DNA from: Novosphingobium sp.
Lineage (GTDB): Bacteria; Pseudomonadota; Alphaproteobacteria; Sphingomonadales; Sphingomonadaceae
Direction of reading: 5' to 3'
DNA length: 56,764 bases
Assembly: GCA_035511275.1 (NCBI GenBank)
Contig: DATKFS010000234.1
Location: 1-56,764 of the forward strand
Shown in pieces: positions 49,476 to 56,764 of this stretch; position 1 is the first letter of the stretch, and every line of letters begins with the position of its first letter. The notes beneath the pieces were generated by a model. It was not told where the DNA came from. It searched no databases and saw nothing but the letters and a program-made list of their open reading frames with translations. Position numbers and translations under genes: made by a program.

Positions 49476-49612
49476 CTTCGACAAGCTCAGGGTGAGCGGG
49501 GGTGGGGTTAGGACCTCGCTGCGCCGCTCGGGCCGGGCGGGCTGGCATCGAAACTCATGGTGAACCGGGCCGGCGCCAACCCCCACACCCGCTCAGGCTG
49601 AGCTTGTCGAAG
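49476..49612. repeat. Inverted pair of REP elements (REPIN-like)
   Basis: CTTCGACAAGCTCAGGGTGAGCGGG.. at 49476 and ..CCCGCTCAGGCTGAGCTTGTCGAAG ending at 49612. Confidence 0.75.
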
Positions 49613-49751
49613 CCCCCGCGCCCAAACCAGGGTCCCCGCCATCCCGGTCCGGACCGTGGGGACGCCCCGTTACTTGCGCCTCGCGGCAGGCTGCTCCGCG
49701 CATAGTCCAGCGGCGGTCGGCGCCGCGGGTGCGAGCCGACCGGGGACCGCG

Positions 49752-52073
49752 TCAGCGGAACTTGACGCCGACCTCGACGCCGTAGGTGACCGGGGAGTTC
49801 CAGACCGAGCCCGTGCCCAGCGTGTTGAACAGCACCTGCGTGCGATAGCGCCGGCCGGTGACGTTGTCCCCGAAGGCGGAGACGGTGAAGGTCTCGCTCG
49901 GATCGGTCCACTGCGCGCGCAGGCTCAGCACCTCGTAGCCGTTCTGCCGGAACTGCTGCTCCGGATCGAAGTAGAAGCTGGAGGTGTAGTAGAGGTTGCC
50001 CGAAAGCAGCAGCCTGCCACCGCCGAGGTCGAGGCCGTAGCTGGCGCCGACATTGCCGGTGAACTCGGGAGCGCGCTGCATCTTGTAGCCCGAGGCGTCG
50101 GTCGATGCCTGGACGATGCCGCCGGGGCTCTGGGTGCCCGAATAGGCGCAGTTCATCGGGTTGGCGAAGTCGGTGACGGCGGGGTCGCAATAGCCGTAGA
50201 ACGGCGCATTCGGGAACGACTTGTACCGCGCATGGGTCCAGGCGACGCCGCCGTTGAGGTTGAAGTCCCGGCTGACCGCATAGCGCACTTGGGCCTCGAG
50301 GCCGTAGATCTCCGAGGAAGCGGCATTGCGGATCTGCGCCGCGCCGTCCTGGTAGCTCGACACCTGCAGGTTCTTGTAGTCGTAGTAGAAGCCGGCAAGG
50401 TCGACCTGCAGCGTGCGGTTGTCGAACTTGTAGCCGACCTCGAAGGCGTTGATCTTCTCGGGCTTCACCGGCTGCTGCGAATAGCCGCCGACGTTGAGGA
50501 TGCCCGCCTTGTAGCCGCGCGTGAACGATCCGTAGACGCTCGAATCCTCGCTCGGCTTGTAGCGCAGCACGACGCGCGGAGTGAAGCTGTCGTTCTTGAG
50601 GGTGTTCACCGGGATGCGGTCGCCCGGGTTGCCGGTGAAGGGCACGTTCTCGCCATCAGGACCGGTGTAGCCGGTCAGCGGGGTGGTGAAGTTGGCGGTG
50701 AAGTAGGCATCGCCCACCACGTCGTGGCTATAGCGCCCGCCAAGTGTCACGAAGAACCGGTCATTGACCTCGTAGGTCGCGTCAAGGAATGCCGCATAGG
50801 ACGTCGTCTTGGTGCTGGAACCGCCGAAGGGCGCGAACGGCGCGCCGCCGAACGACGCCCCGATCGTCCAGGTGTCGCGGATCTGGAAGTAGTTGAGCCC
50901 CGCCGTCCACTGCAGCCGCCCGCCGGGCTTGGAGTTCAGCAGGAATTCCTGGCTCCACGTCTCGTCGTCGACCCCGACGTAGATGTTGAACGCGGGGATC
51001 GCGGTCGCATCGAGATCGCCGTAGTAGGGCGACAGGTCCTTGCGGTACTGGGTGTAGCTGGTCAGGTCCGCGAAGCCGAGGTCGGCGTTGATCGTGCCCT
51101 GCAGCGCATCGGAATTGGTGCGGAAGCTGAGCGGCTTGTTGAGCAGCACTTCGCCGGGCCGCGTCGCATAGGCGGAAGCCGGCGTCCCGTAGCCGACCAG
51201 CGGCAGACCCTTCGAACTGTTGACGCCGTAGATCGCGAGCCCCGCGGGCGACACCTTGTCGAAGAAACCGGCGCCGCCGCTCTTGTCGACATAGGCGTTG
51301 ACCAGCTGGGTGGTGGGATCGTCGGTCTCCGCATGGACCCAGCGCAGCAGCACCGAGACGTCGTCGGTCAGTTCGGCCTTGAGGCCGACGCGCAGCGACC
51401 AGTTCTCGTAGGCGCCGATCTCGTCGTCGCCGTTGCTGATGTCGGTGAAGTACCCGTCGCCGCGACGGTACATTCCCTCGATGTCGAGGGCGACGCGGTC
51501 GCTGATGCCGTAGGTGGCATAGGCCTGTGCCTTCAGCGCATTGAAACGCCCGTAGCTGACCTTGGCCTGCGCGCTCGTCTCGGTGCTCGGCTCGGCGGTG
51601 GTGACGATGATGGCGCCGCCGGTGGTGTTGCGGCCGAACAGCGTGCCTTGCGGTCCCTTCAGAACCTGGATGCTGCTGACGTTGAGCAGGTCGAAGTCCG
51701 ACATGTAGGTGTTGGCCTGGAAGAATCCGTCGACGTAGATGCCGACGTTGGGGCCGCCGCCGGAGGTCGTGATCGCGGTGCCGACGCCGCGGATGGTCGG
51801 CTGCACGGCCGGTCCCTGGGAATCGAAGCGCAGGCCCGGCGTGAGCTTGGCGGTGTCGGAAAGCTGGCGCACGTTGGCGGTGGCAAGCTGTTCCTGCCCC
51901 AGCGTCGTCACGCTGATCGGCACGTCGCGCGAGGCTTCCGCGCGGCGCTGCGCGGTGACGATGATCTCGTTGGCGACGTCCTCTGTGCCGACCTCCTGCG
52001 CCATGGCGGGCACCGCGCAAGTGGCGGTCGCAATGGCCAGCAGCGAGGCCGCCTTGGTTACGGATGCAGTCAT
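49752..52073 (-). CDS. TonB-dependent receptor
   Basis: EIIVTAQRR, IQVLKGPQGTLFGRNTTGGAI; GGAGG RBS. Confidence 0.95.
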   Translation of the reverse strand: MTASVTKAASLLAIATATCAVPAMAQEVGTEDVANEIIVTAQRRAEASRDVPISVTTLGQEQLATANVRQLSDTAKLTPGLRFDSQGPAVQPTIRGVGTAITTSGGGPNVGIYVDGFFQANTYMSDFDLLNVSSIQVLKGPQGTLFGRNTTGGAIIVTTAEPSTETSAQAKVSYGRFNALKAQAYATYGISDRVALDIEGMYRRGDGYFTDISNGDDEIGAYENWSLRVGLKAELTDDVSVLLRWVHAETDDPTTQLVNAYVDKSGGAGFFDKVSPAGLAIYGVNSSKGLPLVGYGTPASAYATRPGEVLLNKPLSFRTNSDALQGTINADLGFADLTSYTQYRKDLSPYYGDLDATAIPAFNIYVGVDDETWSQEFLLNSKPGGRLQWTAGLNYFQIRDTWTIGASFGGAPFAPFGGSSTKTTSYAAFLDATYEVNDRFFVTLGGRYSHDVVGDAYFTANFTTPLTGYTGPDGENVPFTGNPGDRIPVNTLKNDSFTPRVVLRYKPSEDSSVYGSFTRGYKAGILNVGGYSQQPVKPEKINAFEVGYKFDNRTLQVDLAGFYYDYKNLQVSSYQDGAAQIRNAASSEIYGLEAQVRYAVSRDFNLNGGVAWTHARYKSFPNAPFYGYCDPAVTDFANPMNCAYSGTQSPGGIVQASTDASGYKMQRAPEFTGNVGASYGLDLGGGRLLLSGNLYYTSSFYFDPEQQFRQNGYEVLSLRAQWTDPSETFTVSAFGDNVTGRRYRTQVLFNTLGTGSVWNSPVTYGVEVGVKFR

Positions 52074-52186
52074 CGTCTTCCCTCCCGACGGGCCTTCTGC
52101 GGCCCTTGAGCACCAGTGGCGGGACACGCACGACTGCCGCTGCCCCGACCTTTGCCGCCGCTCATGCCGCAGAAATCCGGCGGCGA

Positions 52187-52203
52187 CTTGACCAATGTGG
52201 CCA
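52187..52203 (-). promoter_or_regulatory. Candidate AraC-family binding site
   Basis: Minus strand TGGCCACATTGGTCAAG; 14/17 match to 53342-53358. Confidence 0.5.
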
Positions 52204-52293
52204 GACGGGGCAGCAAAAGGCGCTGCCGTGGACGCCGCGCGCCCCGAAAGCGCCAATCGCCGCATGTTGCGCGCAAAGCTGAGAGCCTTGCCG

Positions 52294-53337
52294 ATGCCAT
52301 TGATCGCCGATGCGGAGTTTGCGAAGCTCAATATCCCCCTGCTCCGCCACTTTCCGGAGCTGGTGACCACCATGGGCGGCGATCCTGCCGAGCTGCTGGA
52401 ACAGGCCGGCATCCGCGCGCAGGAGTTCCGCGACGACGCGGTCGACCTCACTTATCCCGATGCCATCCGCCTGCTCGCCCTCGCCGCGCGGCGGCTCGAC
52501 TGCCCAAGCTTCGGGATGCGCCTCGCGATGCGGCAGCGCGGCGGCGCGATCTTCGGGCCGCTGGGGCGCACCATGCGCAATTCCAGGACCTTCGGCGACG
52601 CCCTGCGCTTCGCCAGCGAGCATATCAGCGCGCACAGTCGCGCCGCGCGGGTCTGGCTGCAGCCGCATCCGGCGGAGGGCAACATCTTCGCGGGTCACGA
52701 ACTGCTCTTCGAAAGCAGCGGCGAGCGCATCCAGACCATCGAGCAGATCCTGCTGATCGGCCACCTCGAGGCGATGGAGATGACCGGGGGCTACGCGCGC
52801 GCCCGCAGCATCCATTTCCGGCACGAGCCGCTGTCGCCGCTCGGGGAATACCGGCGCTATTTCGGCTGCGACGTGCGCTTCGGGGAGCCCGTGGACGGCA
52901 TCACCTTTTCCGACCGGGACCTTGCCAGCCCCGTTCTCGACCAGGACGCGGATCTCCACCGTGACCTCGTCGCCTACATCGAGACCTACTTCCCCCGCGA
53001 GCGGCCGCCCTTCGCCGCGGAAGTGCGCGGCCTCATCATGCGGCGGCTCGCCCGGGGCGACTGCGACAGCGGCGAGGTGGCGCGCGTCCTGAACATCCAC
53101 CACCGCACCTTGCGCCGCCGCCTCAAGCAGGAGGGCACCAGCTTCCAGGAGGTCAAGGACGACGTGCGGCGCGGGTTGACGCTCTACTACCTGCAACAGA
53201 CCGGGCTCGACTTTCGCGGCGTTTCCGAAAAGCTGGGCTTCGCCGAGCAGGCGGTCTTCTCGCGAAGCTGTCGCCGGTGGTTCGGCCAGTCCCCCACCCA
53301 ATTGCGCAGCGTCCGCCCGCTTCGGCGCAGCACGTAA
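52294..53337 (+). CDS. AraC-family regulator (OruR/VirS type)
   Basis: FGMRLA..GPLG N-terminal domain; RTLRRRLKQEGTSF and LGFAEQAVFSRSCRRWFGQSP HTHs. Confidence 0.9.
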   Translation: MPLIADAEFAKLNIPLLRHFPELVTTMGGDPAELLEQAGIRAQEFRDDAVDLTYPDAIRLLALAARRLDCPSFGMRLAMRQRGGAIFGPLGRTMRNSRTFGDALRFASEHISAHSRAARVWLQPHPAEGNIFAGHELLFESSGERIQTIEQILLIGHLEAMEMTGGYARARSIHFRHEPLSPLGEYRRYFGCDVRFGEPVDGITFSDRDLASPVLDQDADLHRDLVAYIETYFPRERPPFAAEVRGLIMRRLARGDCDSGEVARVLNIHHRTLRRRLKQEGTSFQEVKDDVRRGLTLYYLQQTGLDFRGVSEKLGFAEQAVFSRSCRRWFGQSPTQLRSVRPLRRST

Positions 53338-53341
53338 ATTT

Positions 53342-53358
53342 TGTCCGCATAGGTCAAG
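53342..53358 (+). promoter_or_regulatory. Candidate AraC-family binding site
   Basis: TGTCCGCATAGGTCAAG, pointing toward the downstream small ORF and TBDR. Confidence 0.5.
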
Positions 53359-53463
53359 CCAAGAGCACCCTATTTGCGCGACTATGGCGGCAGACGACGA
53401 GCCGGCGGCATAAAGGGGTTACCCTTGTTCCCGCACGGCCCGCGCGAGGAGGAGGAGCAGGTA

Positions 53464-53538
53464 ATGGCCAAGGCCCATCCCTATCACGACGCAAGGACGG
53501 TTCCGGCCGCGCTCGACGACGTTCGGCGCGCCCGCTGA
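53464..53538 (+). CDS. Candidate 24-aa small ORF
   Basis: GAGGAGGAGGAG Shine-Dalgarno followed by ATG; MAKAHPYHDARTVPAALDDVRRAR*. Confidence 0.35.
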   Translation: MAKAHPYHDARTVPAALDDVRRAR

Positions 53539-53710
53539 CGGCCGCCCGGACGTGACCGCGCACTTCTCCATGAATCAGGCCCCGTGCCGCAGCGAGCCGC
53601 CCCGTCCGGCGGTCGAAAGGCCGGCCATGCAGACCTGACGTTTCGAGTTTCGCCGATCGGTCGAGAGAACCGGCGGCGATGGTTGCCTAATCAACAGAGG
53701 GAGGATGATT

Positions 53711-56464
53711 ATGAAGAACTTCTACACGAAGCGCGCCAGCTGGCGCCTTGCGCTCGGCGTCGCCGCGATCGCACTGGTTCCGGGCATGGCGGCGGCACAG
53801 GAAACGCCGACTCCGCCCGAGGACACCGGCACCGACCAGATCACGTCGGAGCCGATCGTCGTCACCGGAACGCTGATCCGCGGCATCGCGCCCGCGGGCA
53901 ACAACGTCATCGGCGTGACCAGCGAGCAGATCACCGCGACGGGCGCGGCGACCACCAGCCAGGTGCTCGGCTCCGTCCCGCAGGTGGGCAACTTCTTCAA
54001 CGCCCTGCCCGCCGGTATCTCGCCCCAGCCGGGCGCCAACGCGTCCAACCCGATCAACCGTCCGAACCTGCGCAACCTGCCCGGCGCGAACACCAGCGGC
54101 GGCGCGCAGACGCTCGTCCTGTTCGACGGGCAGCGCGTGGTCGGCGCGGGCATCCAGCAGGTCGCCGTCGATCCCGACATCATCGCGCCCGGCGTCATCG
54201 CCCGCGTGGAGGCCATGACCGACGGCGGTTCGGCGGTCTACGGTTCGGACGCACTCGGCGGCGTCATCAACTTCGTCACCCGCGACCGGTTCAACGGCGT
54301 CCAGGTCGACGCCCGCTACGGCCTCGGCGACGACTACCAGTCGATCGAGGCCAGCGCGCTGGCCGGCAAGGACTGGGGTTCGGGCGGGTTCTACGTCGCC
54401 TACGGCTATTCGCACCACGACAGCGTCTACGGTTCCGACCGCGACTGGGTGAAGCAGATCAACTGGGACACCGGCGTTCCCACCGGCCGCAATTGCGCCA
54501 CGCCCAACGTGTCCATCGGATCAGCCACTTACGTGCCTGCCGGGTCGGGCCTCGCCGCCGGCGGCCCCAACGTCTGCGATTTCTCGGACACGGTGGCGAT
54601 CTACCCGACCTCCACGCTCCACACAGTGTTCGCCCGGCTCAACCAGCGGGTGTCGGACTCGGTGCGCTTCGACGTGACCGCGCTCTATGCGAACCGTGCC
54701 ATCGACGCCGTCGGCGGGACGCTGGGAACGGGCGCGCTGAGCACCGGCGCGACCGGGCAGGCCACGCTGACGGCGGCATCGCCGTTCTACCGCCCCACGG
54801 GAGACGCCAACAGCGGCCAGCCCCAGGTCGTGCGGTTCGACTACAGCCCGCTGTTCGGCGCCCGCTCCGCCACGCAGGAGACCGACCTCGAGACATGGCG
54901 CGTCGCCCCGTCCGTGTCGGTCGAACTCGGTTCGGGCTGGGAACTGAGCGGGCTGTTCAGCTACGGCATCGCCACGACATCCTTCAGCAACGCCCAGATC
55001 AGCACCACGGCACAGGCGGCCGCGCTCGCATCGGGCGCGCTCAACCCCTATAACGTCGGCGCCACGAGCGCGACCACGGCGGCGGGCCTGCTGCGCTATG
55101 CGCAAGGCGTGGGCCGCAACGAGCTGTACGACTACCGCGCCATCGCCAACGGCCCGCTGTTCGCGCTTCCGGGCGGTTCGGTCCGCGCCGCGATCGGGTA
55201 CGAGCACATGCAGGACAACTTCCAGCGCCGCACCACCAACGCCACCACGTACCTGTTCCAGAACCCCACCGCCTACACCCAGAAGGTCGATTCCGTCTTC
55301 GGCGAGCTTCAGGTGCCCATCGTCGGCAGCGGCAACGAGATGTCGTTCATCAACGAACTGACGCTGTCCGCATCCGGACGCTACGACAAGTACAGCGACT
55401 TTGGCGACACCTTCAATCCGAAGTTCGCCGCCACCCTGCGTCCGGTCGAATGGATCGCGATCCGCGGCAACTGGGGCAAGTCGTTCACCGCGCCGTCGCC
55501 GGTCGACCAGCTGGGCGTGCTCGCCTCCGCCGTCGCGACCGTACCGGCGGCGTTCCTGCGCACGCCTCCCGGCGTCATCGCGACGACCGGGGAGATCGGC
55601 CTCTTCGTGTCCGGCACCGCGCCCGGCCTGCAGCCGCAGAAGGCGACGAACTGGTCCATCGGCGCCGAGATCGAACCGCCGTTCGTGCCCGGCCTGACGC
55701 TCAACGCGAGCTACTACAACATCGACCTTTCTGGCACGATCGGACGCCCGGTGACCGGCGCCGACCTGACCGACTACTACGCCAACTTCCCCCAGCTCTA
55801 CGCCGTGCGGCCGAGCGGGCAGGAACTGGCGGCCTATCTCACGCAGTTCAACCCGGCCAACTTCAACTTCACCGTCGCCAACCCAACTTCCACGGGCCAG
55901 GCGATCATCTCGGCCGGCGGCGTCACCTCGCCGGTGCTGGTGACGCTGGACACGCGGGCGAGGAACCTCGGCACCGCCAAGCTGGACGGCATCGACTTCA
56001 GCGCCAACTACGTGCTCGACACCAGCTTCGCCTCGTTCGACGCCGGGGCATCGGGCAATTACCGCCTGTCGCAGAAGTCGCAGGCGCTGCCGTCCCTGCC
56101 GGTCGCCGACGATCTGGCTTTCAACACGCCCCGGTTCCGCATCCAGGGCACCCTGGGCACCACGATTGGCAACCTGCGCGCGCAGGTCGTCTGGAACCAC
56201 ACGGCCGGCTACAAGCGCGGCACCGTCGAGTTCGGCCAGACCAAGGTCTCCGCGTTCGACGCGTTCAACCTGTTCTTCAAGTACGACCTCAATTCCGAGT
56301 CCGCACTGGCGAACAACCTCTCGTTCACGCTGAACGTCCAGAACCTGTTCGACAGTGATCCGCCGGAGTTCCGCAGCGCCACCAGCACCGGTTACGACAC
56401 GACGCAGGGCTCGGCCTTCTCCATCGGCCGCATCGTGCAGTTCGGGGTGAAGAAGACCTTCTGA
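53711..56464 (+). CDS. TonB-dependent receptor (large subclass)
   Basis: PIVVTGTLIR, DGGSAVYGSDALGGVINF, GRYDKYSDFG, C-terminal KTF. Confidence 0.95.
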   Translation: MKNFYTKRASWRLALGVAAIALVPGMAAAQETPTPPEDTGTDQITSEPIVVTGTLIRGIAPAGNNVIGVTSEQITATGAATTSQVLGSVPQVGNFFNALPAGISPQPGANASNPINRPNLRNLPGANTSGGAQTLVLFDGQRVVGAGIQQVAVDPDIIAPGVIARVEAMTDGGSAVYGSDALGGVINFVTRDRFNGVQVDARYGLGDDYQSIEASALAGKDWGSGGFYVAYGYSHHDSVYGSDRDWVKQINWDTGVPTGRNCATPNVSIGSATYVPAGSGLAAGGPNVCDFSDTVAIYPTSTLHTVFARLNQRVSDSVRFDVTALYANRAIDAVGGTLGTGALSTGATGQATLTAASPFYRPTGDANSGQPQVVRFDYSPLFGARSATQETDLETWRVAPSVSVELGSGWELSGLFSYGIATTSFSNAQISTTAQAAALASGALNPYNVGATSATTAAGLLRYAQGVGRNELYDYRAIANGPLFALPGGSVRAAIGYEHMQDNFQRRTTNATTYLFQNPTAYTQKVDSVFGELQVPIVGSGNEMSFINELTLSASGRYDKYSDFGDTFNPKFAATLRPVEWIAIRGNWGKSFTAPSPVDQLGVLASAVATVPAAFLRTPPGVIATTGEIGLFVSGTAPGLQPQKATNWSIGAEIEPPFVPGLTLNASYYNIDLSGTIGRPVTGADLTDYYANFPQLYAVRPSGQELAAYLTQFNPANFNFTVANPTSTGQAIISAGGVTSPVLVTLDTRARNLGTAKLDGIDFSANYVLDTSFASFDAGASGNYRLSQKSQALPSLPVADDLAFNTPRFRIQGTLGTTIGNLRAQVVWNHTAGYKRGTVEFGQTKVSAFDAFNLFFKYDLNSESALANNLSFTLNVQNLFDSDPPEFRSATSTGYDTTQGSAFSIGRIVQFGVKKTF

Positions 56465-56496
56465 GCGCAGCCGGACCGCAGCGCGTCCGGAAGTAT

Positions 56497-56534
56497 GGCA
56501 GGGGCTTCGGGGTCACCCCCGAAGCCCCTTTGCC
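56497..56534. terminator. Rho-independent terminator between convergent genes
   Basis: AGGGGCTTCGGGG-TCAC-CCCCGAAGCCCCT followed by T residues. Confidence 0.75.
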
Positions 56535-56540
56535 TTTCCC

Positions 56541-56764
56541 TTACTTCACGACCACCCGCACGCGCCCGAGGTTCATGATCCGGGCGTAGGGCGTGCCCAC
56601 CTCCCCCTCGCGCTGCGCGGTCACGCGAAGGCCCACGAAGTAGGTTCCGGGCCGGGCGAAGGCATGGTCGGCCTTGATCGAGGCGACGCCGTCCTTGCCG
56701 AGCTGGACGGTGGCGGGATCGGCGAAGGTGCCCGCGCCCTCGAAATCCCACTCGGCGCCGACCA
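56541..56764 (-). CDS. C-terminus of PKD-domain protein, partial
   Basis: AEWDFEGAGTF...HAFARPGTYFVGLRVTAQR...NLGRVRVVVK* (PKD WDF and HxFxxPGxY motifs); not in the ORF track. Confidence 0.75.
   Translation of the reverse strand, partial: VGAEWDFEGAGTFADPATVQLGKDGVASIKADHAFARPGTYFVGLRVTAQREGEVGTPYARIMNLGRVRVVVK

Overview
High-GC alphaproteobacterial accessory region, probably from a sphingomonad (inferred from five TonB-dependent receptors and the REP types). It has three functional blocks. (1) 1-27388: an uncharacterised catabolic cluster with a LeuC/LeuD-type hydro-lyase, an FAD flavoprotein, tandem IclR regulators, two TonB-dependent receptors (TBDRs), an APH-fold kinase, a SAM methyltransferase with a small partner gene, a flavin amine oxidase, two MFS transporters, a LysR, an NtaA/DszA-family monooxygenase, two atypical M24 amidohydrolases and six alpha/beta-hydrolase-fold genes. 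Four of those six carry His instead of Ser at the nucleophile elbow. A shared 17-bp palindromic operator occurs at three of the cluster's promoter regions. (2) 27401-49448: a sulfur-starvation/organosulfur-scavenging island with lsfA-type peroxiredoxin, yfcG-type GST, an Ssu-type ABC importer, LLM monooxygenases, an SfnR-type sigma54 activator and a TBDR-DszA-like-DszB-like operon. It also has five -24/-12 promoters with a shared upstream motif, sulfur-poor proteins, several gene remnants, and a DszB paralogue with the catalytic Cys replaced by Ser directly upstream of the sensor-less activator. (3) 49752-56764: an AraC regulator between two TBDRs with matching candidate binding sites, a candidate 24-aa small ORF and a partial PKD-domain gene. 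No rRNA, tRNA, CRISPR array or transposase was seen. All calls come from reading motifs by eye; no database search was run.
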